From a virus (lineage: Duplodnaviria; Heunggongvirae; Uroviricota; Caudoviricetes): a stretch of DNA of 48,322 nt. Location of the stretch: the IMG/VR virus record IMGVR_UViG_3300028805_000080; one strand, given 5' to 3'. The notes beneath the pieces are model-generated. The model saw only the letters and a list, made by a program, of their open reading frames with translations, was not told the DNA's origin and did no database searches. Positions 1 to 8,233 of the stretch are shown one piece after another; positions within the stretch are counted from its first letter, which is position 1, and every line of letters starts with the position of its first letter. A program made the translations under genes and the position numbers.

Positions 1-1
1 A

Positions 2-181
2 TTTGAATTATTGACTAATTTTATTAATAAATTACATAATAATGATAATAACTTGATAATAACTTATGGAGTATTAACTACATCTTATAAAAATCCAAAG
101 ATAAGACCTAATTTTAGTTTATATAATAGAACTATATTAAGATTTCCTTGGGCATTTGATGCATTTAAATTTAATAAATAA
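2..181 (+). CDS. 3' end of a hypothetical protein that begins left of the window
   Basis: Frame 2 is open from base 2 (FELLTNFINK...FPWAFDAFKFNK) to TAA at 179-181, directly before the hairpin at 185-212. Not in the ORF track because the start is missing. Confidence 0.6.
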   Translation, partial: FELLTNFINKLHNNDNNLIITYGVLTTSYKNPKIRPNFSLYNRTILRFPWAFDAFKFNK

Positions 182-184
182 AAT

Positions 185-212
185 AAAGGAGCTCAACCGG
201 TTGAGCTCCTTT
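185..212. terminator. Bidirectional intrinsic terminator (perfect 28-bp palindrome)
   Basis: AAAGGAGCTCAACC|GGTTGAGCTCCTTT, flanked by A and T tracts, between convergent stops at 181 (+) and 229 (-). Confidence 0.85.
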
Positions 213-228
213 TTATTATTTATATTTG

Positions 229-777
229 TTATTTATACCATTTTGGCGGATTATTACAGTTTCTAAACATATCTCCGCTATTTATAGTTTCTAAATCTAA
301 ATCCCATTTATTTGCAAAAGATAAATCTAATTTTGAACAGTTAGCAAACATTAAATCAGTTTCTTTACATTTATCGAATTTCCAGTTTGTCAAATCTAAA
401 ATCTTAAGGTTTTCGCATTTATAAAACACTCCATAAAATGACTGTACATTACTAGTATCCCAGTCACTTATATATATTTCTTCAATTGACTTATTACACC
501 AAAATAATCCATGTATGTCAGTAACTTTAGACGTATCCCATTCATTCATATCGACTGACTTTATATTATTAATGTTTTCAAACAAATATGAAAGCTTTGT
601 TATTTTAGATATGTCAATATCATTTAAGTCTAAAACTCCATCATTACTATCTAAAGCACGTTTTGTAATTATTTTTTTAAGCTCATCATAATTCTTTGGA
701 AAATATTCAACTTGCTTTGTTTTAATATTCTTATTAATACGAAGCTTTTCAGTTATAAAGTTATTAATTGATTTCAT
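229..777 (-). CDS. BspA/DUF285-type leucine-rich repeat protein with conserved N-terminal leader
   Basis: Repeats WDTSKVTDIHGLF, WDTSNVQSFYGVF and WKFDKCKETDLMF. N-terminus MKSINNFITEKLRINK. Paralogue of 16991..17461. Confidence 0.8.
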   Translation of the reverse strand: MKSINNFITEKLRINKNIKTKQVEYFPKNYDELKKIITKRALDSNDGVLDLNDIDISKITKLSYLFENINNIKSVDMNEWDTSKVTDIHGLFWCNKSIEEIYISDWDTSNVQSFYGVFYKCENLKILDLTNWKFDKCKETDLMFANCSKLDLSFANKWDLDLETINSGDMFRNCNNPPKWYK

Positions 778-780
778 ATA

Positions 781-1176
781 TTATATCCAAATCCATTTAG
801 TTTCTGATATAGTGGTTATTCTCATATCTTCAAATCCTTGTTTCATATAGTCTTTGATTACTTTATAGACTTCATCACTAGTAAAAGCAAATACAGGCAA
901 AGAATATTTTAAAGTCTTTATAAATCCATCAACAAATATATCTTCTGCTATTTTTACAATAAATATTTTACTATCATTTATATATTCATTTGCAGAAGGT
1001 TTCAATGATTTCATTATACAAATATCTTCAACTTCTATCTCTTTGCCTAATTCTTCTATTATCTTTGTACCAGCTTCAATAAAATCTTGAGCTTCTGTAA
1101 GATAAGTTTCTTGTATCTCTTTATATTTATTATTTTCTGTTACAATTGTTCTATTTACTTTTACTTTAAAATACAT
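781..1176 (-). CDS. DUF4494-like protein (Bacteroidota family)
   Basis: YFKVKV...ETYLTEAQDFIEAGTKIIEE and C-terminal MRITTISETK resemble the duplicated-fold DUF4494 proteins of Bacteroidota, as recalled. Confidence 0.65.
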   Translation of the reverse strand: MYFKVKVNRTIVTENNKYKEIQETYLTEAQDFIEAGTKIIEELGKEIEVEDICIMKSLKPSANEYINDSKIFIVKIAEDIFVDGFIKTLKYSLPVFAFTSDEVYKVIKDYMKQGFEDMRITTISETKWIWI

Positions 1177-1180
1177 AAAG

Positions 1181-1570
1181 CTATATCTTAACTATTTCTA
1201 ATTTTGCATCATCCCATTTATAGCCGGCTTTATTCAATGCATCATAAAATTCTTCACATTTTTCTTCTGATGCTAATTTATATCTTTCTGGTCTTTCTGA
1301 AATAAGGCCCACACCAGTATCTATGCCAACTTCTAGTTTTTTTCTATTATCACAAATATATGTCGCATGATATACTATAGCATTATCATTAGCATTATTT
1401 ACATGAAAATCTTTATTTAATCCTTTATAAATAAAAAGTAAGTTTTCATTAAGTTCAACAATATCTCCATCTTCAGCTTTATCAATAGACCAATTGTCAA
1501 GATCTCTTGCTTTTTTCATTTTTGAATTGACTTTAAGTTTTTCTAATATAAATTCTTTTATTTGTTTCAT
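1181..1570 (-). CDS. Hypothetical protein with conserved N-terminal leader
   Basis: Begins MKQIKEFILEKLKVNSK. The body (DGDIV...LFIYK...YHA...KLASEEK...FYDALNKAGYKWD) resembles a small domain common in Bacteroidota phages. Confidence 0.75.
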   Translation of the reverse strand: MKQIKEFILEKLKVNSKMKKARDLDNWSIDKAEDGDIVELNENLLFIYKGLNKDFHVNNANDNAIVYHATYICDNRKKLEVGIDTGVGLISERPERYKLASEEKCEEFYDALNKAGYKWDDAKLEIVKI

Positions 1571-1608
1571 TATAGTATATCTTCTATATTTAATGATTCT
1601 TCTTGTTA

Positions 1609-2160
1609 TTATCTACCTGTTAATTCTCTATATTTTTTCAATAATTCATCATCTATTTTCCAATATGGCTCCCAAAGCTTATCTCTTTGTTCTTCAAGTT
1701 TAGCAATTTGTGGTTGTATCTTCTTCATTTTGTTTTTTAATGACTCAATTTCATTTGCTAATTTATTGAATTGTTCTCCATATTCTTGTGCCTTTTCTTC
1801 AGCTTCTTTTTCATTACCAGATGAATAAAGTTGTCCTAATTCATCTTCTTGGTCAATTTGAAGTTGCCTATATTGACGATTAGTATCTTTAAGTTCTTGT
1901 TCATATCTCCAGAGTTCATCTTCAAGTTTTTCTTGTTGCTTTACAAGATTTTTTTCTTGTTCTTTTATTTTTTTACGAATCTCAAATTGTTTGTCTGCTT
2001 CTTTATAATAAGCTTCCCATTTAAGTTTTTCAAGTTCAGGATCTGGATCTTTAACCCACATTGTTACAATTTCACCAGTTTCTTCGTCAACAAAATCTTC
2101 ATAATGGCCATTCTTGCTATCCTTTTCAGATTCTTTAATATATTGTATGATTTTTTTCAT
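1609..2160 (-). CDS. Coiled-coil hypothetical protein with partial leader (MKKIIQYIKE)
   Basis: 183-aa ORF with long E/K/Q-rich heptad-like stretches. TATAAATA lies just upstream. Confidence 0.75.
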   Translation of the reverse strand: MKKIIQYIKESEKDSKNGHYEDFVDEETGEIVTMWVKDPDPELEKLKWEAYYKEADKQFEIRKKIKEQEKNLVKQQEKLEDELWRYEQELKDTNRQYRQLQIDQEDELGQLYSSGNEKEAEEKAQEYGEQFNKLANEIESLKNKMKKIQPQIAKLEEQRDKLWEPYWKIDDELLKKYRELTGR

Positions 2161-2173
2161 ATTATATTCTATA

Positions 2174-2181
2174 TATTTATA
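2174..2181 (-). promoter_or_regulatory. TATAAATA, T4-like late promoter candidate
   Basis: Plus strand reads tatttata at 2174-2181, 13 nt upstream of the ATG at 2160. Identical to the T4 late consensus, but the genome is very AT-rich. Confidence 0.4.
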
Positions 2182-2186
2182 TAACT

Positions 2187-3236
2187 TTATATTATATCTT
2201 CTATATTTAATACACCTTCTTGTTGTTTATTGATTAGCATATCTTTTACAATTTGTTCTATTTCTTCAAATAATTCAGGATTGTCTTTCAATATATCTAT
2301 TACATTATTCTTTCCTTGAGCTATTTGAGTATTCTCATAATAGAACCATGAACCAGATTTTCTAATTACATCTAGATTAATTGCTAAATCTATTACTTCT
2401 CCAAACTTGTTTATACCTTTACCATATGTTATTTCAAACTCTGCTTTTCTAAATGGAGGAGCACATTTATTTTTCACAACTTTTACTTTAGTCAAATTAG
2501 CTATTGCTTCATCTCCATCTTTTACTTGTGAAGATTTACGAACATCTAATCTAATAGAAGCATAGAATTTAAGAGCATTTCCTCCAGTTGTTGTCTCTGG
2601 ATTTCCAAACATAACACCAATCTTGTCTCTTAATTGATTAATGAATATACAACAACAATTACTTTTCTTGATTATTCCTACCATTTTTCGTAATGCTTGA
2701 GACATCATTCTCGCTTGAAGACCTACTCTAGCATCGCCAATAGCACCTTCTAATTCTGCTTTTGGAGTCAATGCGGCAACTGAGTCAATAACTAATATTC
2801 CAATCTTTCCTGATGATATTAGCTTAATAGCTATCTCTAAGCAATCTTCACCACAATCTGGTTGAGCAAAGAAAAGCTTATTGACATCTACTCCTAATGA
2901 TTCTGCATAATCTCTATCAAATGCATTCTCTGCATCTATATAAGCAGCTTTAAGACCTATTTTTTGAGCTTCTGCAACAGCATGAATAGCTAATGTTGTC
3001 TTACCACAACTTTCTGGTCCATATATTTCTACAATACGACCTTTAGGATAACCACCAATTCCTAATGCACAATCAAGAGATAATGAACCTGAAGGTATTA
3101 CTTCAATATCCATTACTTTTGAGTCACCAAGTAACATTACTGCTCCTTCACCATATTGTTTCTTTATATCTTTCAATACAGCATCTAATTCATGATCTTG
3201 GCCAAATTCTTGTTCTAAAATATCTTTTTTAGCCAT
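2187..3236 (-). CDS. recA: Recombinase RecA (bacterial type)
   Basis: [21 protein letters not shown] (Walker A), [63 protein letters not shown]. Confidence 0.97.
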   Translation of the reverse strand: MAKKDILEQEFGQDHELDAVLKDIKKQYGEGAVMLLGDSKVMDIEVIPSGSLSLDCALGIGGYPKGRIVEIYGPESCGKTTLAIHAVAEAQKIGLKAAYIDAENAFDRDYAESLGVDVNKLFFAQPDCGEDCLEIAIKLISSGKIGILVIDSVAALTPKAELEGAIGDARVGLQARMMSQALRKMVGIIKKSNCCCIFINQLRDKIGVMFGNPETTTGGNALKFYASIRLDVRKSSQVKDGDEAIANLTKVKVVKNKCAPPFRKAEFEITYGKGINKFGEVIDLAINLDVIRKSGSWFYYENTQIAQGKNNVIDILKDNPELFEEIEQIVKDMLINKQQEGVLNIEDII

Positions 3237-3664
3237 TAAGGTAATTCTGGTGTCATTTTTTCTATTTTTTGTCTTAATTGATCTATTTGAGGAAGTTTTT
3301 TAAACCATTTTAATTGTTTCCAATCAGATTTTCCTTTATAATTATAACCATCTTTATAAAGGTTATCTTCAGGATCTAATATAATCCAATGAGCTAAATC
3401 ATTTCCACTTATATTATAATATTCATATTTATCTTTATATTTCAAATATATAAAATAATCAACATAATCACATAAGCCATCTATTAAATCTTCTTTACTA
3501 GGATGATCTTTTAATGTATAATCATATCCTTCAGAAGATAATAATTCTATAAATTCTTTATTAGTTGGCAAACATTTTAATATATTAGATAATTCACTTA
3601 TTGGAGGCTTTATCTTTGAATTTATTTTAAGCTTCTCAATTATAAATTTATTTATTTGTTTCAT
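3236..3664 (-). CDS. Hypothetical protein with conserved N-terminal leader
   Basis: Begins [19 protein letters not shown]. Its stop overlaps the recA start (TAATG). Confidence 0.75.
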   Translation of the reverse strand: MKQINKFIIEKLKINSKIKPPISELSNILKCLPTNKEFIELLSSEGYDYTLKDHPSKEDLIDGLCDYVDYFIYLKYKDKYEYYNISGNDLAHWIILDPEDNLYKDGYNYKGKSDWKQLKWFKKLPQIDQLRQKIEKMTPELP

Positions 3665-3676
3665 TATTTAAATAAC

Positions 3677-3695
3677 TATTTATAATTAAAAATAA
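3677..3695 (-). promoter_or_regulatory. Candidate phage late promoter TTATTTTTA-AT-TATAAATA
   Basis: Minus strand reads TTATTTTTAATTATAAATA, 12 nt upstream of the ATG at 3664. The motif recurs at five other operon heads. Confidence 0.55.
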
Positions 3696-3744
3696 TTTTT
3701 CTAAATTTAACTATATTAAAATAAGTATATTTTAAAATATTATT

Positions 3745-4023
3745 ATGGCAGTTTTAAGACATATTGAAGAAGAAAACTATATTAGGTTATATGATCCAGA
3801 TGGAAATTATCTTGGTATGACTAATAGTGAATTAGAGTTTAATGATTTTAGATTACAAATAATTGAAGAGAATAAAGAAGGATATTATTTTATTAAAGAC
3901 CATAAAAAAGTATTTATAAAAGCAACTGGTAGAATAGAAAATGGAAATGATAATTATCCATTTAGCTTATATACAAATCAATTAGCTAAAATTTTAGCAG
4001 ATGGAATAAAAAATTTAAATTAA
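3745..4023 (+). CDS. Hypothetical protein
   Basis: 92-aa ORF, first gene of a plus-strand island, with an A-rich translation initiation region. Confidence 0.7.
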   Translation: MAVLRHIEEENYIRLYDPDGNYLGMTNSELEFNDFRLQIIEENKEGYYFIKDHKKVFIKATGRIENGNDNYPFSLYTNQLAKILADGIKNLN

Positions 4024-4039
4024 TAGATAATTGAATATA

Positions 4040-4213
4040 ATGGATATTATCAAAGAAGAAAGAGATGAGAGAATTTTTTGAATTAATCAATGAATATCCT
4101 TGGACTACAGTGTTTTTAGTAATTGGTATAGGATATTTGATTGAAATAATAGGTGATGCCATAGGAACAATTATTCATGGTAAATTTATAACAGAAGAAA
4201 ATAAAAATGACTG
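4040..4213 (+). CDS. Small membrane protein (57 aa), not in the ORF track
   Basis: MDIIKEERDERIFELINEYPWTTVFLVIGIGYLIEIIGDAIGTIIHGKFITEENKND. It fills the gap between genes and overlaps the next start (ATGACTGA). Confidence 0.6.
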
Positions 4214-4407
4214 AAATAGATTATAATATATTCAAAAATTGTAGTAATGAATTATTAGATGCTGCAATATATAATATTCAAGTTGATATAAATCATTGTT
4301 GTAGTCCTTCATATTTACAAGATTTAAACATAATATTAAGAACATTAGAATATATAAAAGAAGCAAATCAATATGGAAAGAGAAGAGATAAAGAAAATAG
4401 TATATGA
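4207..4407 (+). CDS. Hypothetical protein
   Basis: 66-aa ORF in a tightly packed plus-strand run. Confidence 0.6.
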   Translation: MTEIDYNIFKNCSNELLDAAIYNIQVDINHCCSPSYLQDLNIILRTLEYIKEANQYGKRRDKENSI

Positions 4408-4648
4408 TTGTGCAAGAAATAGATTTGGCAATCCTAATGACTTTGATAATTTAATATTAGGTAAATCTTTTGATGGAGAAAACCAATTAATATACCCAGA
4501 AATATGTTTTGATTCATTAGATATGATTGAATTCATAATGGAATTAGAAGAGAATTTTGACATAACTATTGATGATCAGTTTGTAAATAATGAGCTTACA
4601 TTAGGAAAAGTAATAGATTATATTTATGATAGAATCGATAAAGGATGA
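4373..4648 (+). CDS. acpP: Acyl carrier protein
   Basis: DSLDMIEFIMELEENFDITIDD matches the ACP phosphopantetheine attachment motif (DSL) and helix II. Acidic, 91 aa. Confidence 0.85.
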   Translation: MEREEIKKIVYDCARNRFGNPNDFDNLILGKSFDGENQLIYPEICFDSLDMIEFIMELEENFDITIDDQFVNNELTLGKVIDYIYDRIDKG

Positions 4649-4667
4649 ATTAATTGATAATGGATTT

Positions 4668-4784
4668 ATGAAAGAAACATTAAGACAACAATTATCTTAT
4701 CGTATTAAAAAAATATGGTATAAACTATTATTCTTGTTATTTTTATCTAAAATATATATAAAGAAAAAATTCAATGAGTTATAA
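4668..4784 (+). CDS. Small basic/hydrophobic ORF (38 aa) overlapping the endolysin start
   Basis: MKETLRQQLSYRIKKIWYKLLFLLFLSKIYIKKKFNEL. It fills the gap but also contains the late-type motif at 4737-4745. Confidence 0.35.
   Translation: MKETLRQQLSYRIKKIWYKLLFLLFLSKIYIKKKFNEL
4737..4745 (+). promoter_or_regulatory. Candidate late promoter element TTATTTTTA
   Basis: 28 nt upstream of the endolysin ATG at 4774. Confidence 0.4.
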
Positions 4785-5292
4785 TAAGAAATTATATAAA
4801 GGACAAGATGAACCAGCATTCATATATGCAGGATTTAATACTAACTATAATCTTTCTAAAAATTTTACATATAGAGAGATGATACAATCATATACTTCGG
4901 CTAAATATGGAATAAATAATTCTCCTAATGATGAACAATTATTGAACTTGACTGTTCTTTGTCAAAATGTCCTTCAGCCAATAAGAGAAAAATATGGAAA
5001 ATCAATTAAAGTAAATTCTGGGTTTAGATGTAAAGAACTTAATAAAAAAGTTGGAGGCGCGGATAATTCAGATCATCTTTATGGAGCTGCTGCTGATATA
5101 AAAGCAGGAGATGGAAATAATAGAAAGCTTTTTGACTTGATTTTAAATATGGTTCAAAATAATCAAATTAAATGTCGTCAATTAATTTGGGAATATGGAA
5201 CTCATACATCTCCTCAATGGATTCATATATCAATAAATCATAAGTATAATAAAGAAAAGAAAAATCAAGTAGTATATCTATATAATAAGTAA
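4774..5292 (+). CDS. Peptidase M15A family (Peptidase_M15_3) peptidoglycan hydrolase, probable endolysin
   Basis: LSKNFTYREM, CQNVLQPIREKYGKSIKVNSGFRCKELNKKVGG..NSDHLYGAAADI, WIHIS (Zn ligands H, D, H). Confidence 0.88.
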   Translation: MSYNKKLYKGQDEPAFIYAGFNTNYNLSKNFTYREMIQSYTSAKYGINNSPNDEQLLNLTVLCQNVLQPIREKYGKSIKVNSGFRCKELNKKVGGADNSDHLYGAAADIKAGDGNNRKLFDLILNMVQNNQIKCRQLIWEYGTHTSPQWIHISINHKYNKEKKNQVVYLYNK

Positions 5293-5294
5293 TT

Positions 5295-6149
5295 ATGAAA
5301 TCATTAGAAGAGTTTATACAAGATGAATATGATAAGTCAATAGATCAAGGATGCAAAGCTAAATATTATATTGATGAAATAAAAGAATTTTATAATAATG
5401 AAATTCCTGATAATATATTAAAGCTTATTGATAATAATAGATATGAATTCTATATTGATGAATCATTAAAAACTCATGATACTAATAAATTGAAAGATAA
5501 GCTTAAGAAAGAATATGGAGATGATATAGATTTTTTTGATTATAATGGAAATGATAAGAAATCATTTTATATGATATTATCAAATAATCTTAGAATTATA
5601 GATTTTTCTCGTAAAGGTAGTAGATTAGATACTGATTTTGATAACTTAGAAAAATTTGAAAATATATTAAGTTTTTTTAATTATTATGTTTCTTATACTC
5701 AAAAGATAGATAATCAATGGACTTTATTTATTGAACCTCGATACTCTGACAATATAACACAAGAAGTATTTGATAGACATTATTATATATATCATTTTAC
5801 AGATAAAAAATCTGCTAAATCAATTTTAGAAAATGGCCTTAGAATTAAGAAATCAAAATACAGAGAATTTCCTTCAAGAATATTTCTATATATAACTAAT
5901 AAGAAGATAAATGAAGATAAAGAAAATATTTGTAAGTTTATTAGTATTATTTGTAATAGGAGTAATGTATATAATTATGGGATAAGTATATTAAAAATTA
6001 AAAACAATAATAAATTCAATATATACAATGATACTTCTATGAAAGAAAAGGAAGCTGCATTTACTTATGATAATATTCCTAAAGAATTTATTTCTGAAGT
6101 TAATATTAAGATAGATTATAAACAAGATATTTGTAAATATTATGAATAA
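5295..6149 (+). CDS. ADP-ribosyltransferase-fold (Tpt1/DarT-like) protein candidate with a capsid-targeting-like N-terminus
   Basis: C-terminal half YHFTDKKSAKSILENGL...RIFLY...ILKIK...AFTYDNIPKEFI resembles the H-x-T...GL...IP pattern of ART-fold enzymes. N-terminus MKSLEEFIQDE. Confidence 0.5.
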   Translation: MKSLEEFIQDEYDKSIDQGCKAKYYIDEIKEFYNNEIPDNILKLIDNNRYEFYIDESLKTHDTNKLKDKLKKEYGDDIDFFDYNGNDKKSFYMILSNNLRIIDFSRKGSRLDTDFDNLEKFENILSFFNYYVSYTQKIDNQWTLFIEPRYSDNITQEVFDRHYYIYHFTDKKSAKSILENGLRIKKSKYREFPSRIFLYITNKKINEDKENICKFISIICNRSNVYNYGISILKIKNNNKFNIYNDTSMKEKEAAFTYDNIPKEFISEVNIKIDYKQDICKYYE

Positions 6150-6996
6150 AGAACAAGTACATACATTAGTAATACCAGATATACATGGAAGAACATTTTG
6201 GAAAGAAGATATACAAATATTTTCTAAAGATCAATATCCAAATTTAAATATTGTATTTTTAGGAGATTATCTTGATCCTTATGATTTTGAGAAAATATCT
6301 AGATTAGCTGCAATAGAAAATTTTAAAGAAATTATAAATGTGGCAAAAAATGATAATAGAGTACATTTATTAATTGGCAATCATGATATGCATTATTGGT
6401 ATGATACTAGATATAAATGTAGAGTAGATAATAAAAATTATGAAAAGATTAAAAATCTATTTTTAGAAAATTTTTCATTATTCAATGTTGCTTATGATGA
6501 AGAGATAAATGGAGAAAAATATCTTTATACTCATGCTGGTGTTACAGCATATTGGCTTATGCATTTAAAATTTGTTGGAAATAATGGTATAAGATGGAAT
6601 AAAGAAGAATATATAAATAGTTTAGGAGAAAAAAAGAAAAAAGTATCTGATGAACAATTGCCATTTTGTGAGATGCTAGCAAATATGACTCCTACTGCTG
6701 AAGAACTAAACAAAATGAAATCAAATTTTCAAGGTGAAGCTAATCTTTGGTATGCGTCATGGTATAGAGGTGGTGAAAATGATTGTGGTAGTTGTATATG
6801 GGCAGATTTTAATGAATGGTCTTATGAAAATTCTAATATAGATAATATTTGGCAAATATTTGGTCATTCATTAGCTGCTGGTAGTTTTGATGAAGGAATT
6901 ATAGATTATAAAAAGAAAATTGCTATGGTAGACTCTCGTTGCTCTTGGGTAATTACTAATAATCAAGATATATGTAAATTAAAAGATTATAAATAA
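6142..6996 (+). CDS. Calcineurin-like metallophosphoesterase
   Basis: All five motifs are present: IPDIHG, FLGDYLD, LIGNHD, YTHAG, QIFGHS. Confidence 0.92.
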   Translation: MNKEQVHTLVIPDIHGRTFWKEDIQIFSKDQYPNLNIVFLGDYLDPYDFEKISRLAAIENFKEIINVAKNDNRVHLLIGNHDMHYWYDTRYKCRVDNKNYEKIKNLFLENFSLFNVAYDEEINGEKYLYTHAGVTAYWLMHLKFVGNNGIRWNKEEYINSLGEKKKKVSDEQLPFCEMLANMTPTAEELNKMKSNFQGEANLWYASWYRGGENDCGSCIWADFNEWSYENSNIDNIWQIFGHSLAAGSFDEGIIDYKKKIAMVDSRCSWVITNNQDICKLKDYK

Positions 6997-6997
6997 T

Positions 6998-7117
6998 ATG
7001 GATTGTCTATTAATTGCTGGAATTATAATTATTATAGTATTTGTTGGAAGTTTTACAATACTTCGTTGGTGTGAAAAGAAATATGGTTTTAAACTTAAAA
7101 ATGATGATTTTTGTTAA
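6998..7117 (+). CDS. Small single-TM protein (39 aa), not in the ORF track
   Basis: MDCLLIAGIIIIIVFVGSFTILRWCEKKYGFKLKNDDFC, starting 1 nt after the upstream stop. Confidence 0.55.
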   Translation: MDCLLIAGIIIIIVFVGSFTILRWCEKKYGFKLKNDDFC

Positions 7118-7120
7118 GCT

Positions 7121-7243
7121 ATGTGTGGATCTATAATTGTTTTATTTATATTACTTTTTATACTGGCATGGATATTAATGCCTATATTTGAGAAAATAGG
7201 AGAATTATTAAGTAAATTAGATAAAAATGAAAAATTTATATGA
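7121..7243 (+). CDS. Small single-TM protein (40 aa), not in the ORF track
   Basis: MCGSIIVLFILLFILAWILMPIFEKIGELLSKLDKNEKFI. Starts 3 nt after the previous stop and overlaps the next gene. Confidence 0.55.
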   Translation: MCGSIIVLFILLFILAWILMPIFEKIGELLSKLDKNEKFI

Positions 7244-7466
7244 TAATATAAGACTTATTCCTGAAAGTCTACAACAATATATGACAGAGTTTGATTTGAC
7301 TTTGAATGATATTGATAAAATGGATTTTGAAGAATATAAAGAATTATGTGGACAATTAGAAGAAAAACCTCTTAAAAAATTATTGAATGTCACCAAAGAA
7401 TGGAGAAGACGTTCTTATATATTTGGAGTACTTGACCAAGTATATAGAATAAGATATAGTTTATAA
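7227..7466 (+). CDS. Hypothetical protein
   Basis: 79-aa ORF followed immediately by a terminator hairpin. Confidence 0.7.
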   Translation: MKNLYDNIRLIPESLQQYMTEFDLTLNDIDKMDFEEYKELCGQLEEKPLKKLLNVTKEWRRRSYIFGVLDQVYRIRYSL

Positions 7467-7469
7467 AAT

Positions 7470-7504
7470 AAAGCTTAGAAAAATTGAATTTTTCTAGGCT
7501 TTTT
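7470..7504 (+). terminator. Intrinsic terminator overlapping the next promoter
   Basis: AAAGCTTAGAAAAAT-TGA-ATTTTTCTAGGCTTT: 15-bp stem with one G:U pair, followed by a T run. Confidence 0.65.
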
Positions 7505-7513
7505 CTATATTTA
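7483..7513 (+). promoter_or_regulatory. Host-type (Bacteroidota) early promoter
   Basis: ATTG(AAT)-N19-TATATTTA resembles the Bacteroidota consensus TTTG-N19-21-TAnnTTTG. It is repeated at four other plus-strand island heads. Confidence 0.65.
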
Positions 7514-7539
7514 TAAAGTAATTAAAAATTTAAAAAATT

Positions 7540-7782
7540 ATGAATAAGAATTTGATTTTCAAAGGAGTTGTTCTTCATGGTTTTATCTTTGCTTGTTGTG
7601 TAAGTGTATGTGTAGCTAATTCAACTATTATTCCTATTATAGTTTGCCTGAGTTTAGTTCCTGCTATTAAGAAGATTGTTAACTCTATGAGTGAGGAAGA
7701 TCTTCATAAGGTATTCTTAGTAGAATATCTCCAGAGTAAGTTCTCAAATAATCTTGTAATTATGGATATGACTAAAGAGTAA
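7540..7782 (+). CDS. Membrane protein, hypothetical
   Basis: Hydrophobic segments GVVLHGFIFACCVSVCVA and IIPIIVCLSLVPAI. Confidence 0.7.
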   Translation: MNKNLIFKGVVLHGFIFACCVSVCVANSTIIPIIVCLSLVPAIKKIVNSMSEEDLHKVFLVEYLQSKFSNNLVIMDMTKE

Positions 7783-7787
7783 TAGAT

Positions 7788-8201
7788 ATGAGTAATATTA
7801 AAGCTGGAGATTTTGTAATTGTTCGTTCAAACAACAGTGTTAATCGTGAAGTAGGAAAACAAAGACAAGTGTATCTTACGATTGGATATCGTGATGCTAT
7901 TGAGGAAGGTGCTGATTTTATTTGCATTATTGCTCCACGACCAATGAAAAGATTCTTTAAGGAGAAATTCAATTATAAGACATGTCATTTTGAAAAGAAT
8001 GTAACAATTCATTTTAATGGTATTCGCATTATGTCAACAAAAACAAAGAAGATTTATGATGTTGATGCTGATTGGTGTACTGGATATGCTCCTAATTCAC
8101 AAGATTATAAAGATGCAATTACATTTTCAAAAATAGATAAAATTTTACAAAATAGGTTTCTTAATGATTATGATGATGCTAGGCCTGAAACTTGGGATTA
8201 A
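7788..8201 (+). CDS. Hypothetical protein
   Basis: 137-aa ORF packed in the operon. Confidence 0.7.
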   Translation: MSNIKAGDFVIVRSNNSVNREVGKQRQVYLTIGYRDAIEEGADFICIIAPRPMKRFFKEKFNYKTCHFEKNVTIHFNGIRIMSTKTKKIYDVDADWCTGYAPNSQDYKDAITFSKIDKILQNRFLNDYDDARPETWD

Positions 8202-8233
8202 TATAAAGTAGAATTATAATAAAGTTAAAATAT

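Noticed and set aside
3712-3719. Early promoter at TATATTAA before 3745
   Set aside because: The downstream element is present but there is no TTTG/ATTG at the expected distance, so it was not listed with the five full matches.
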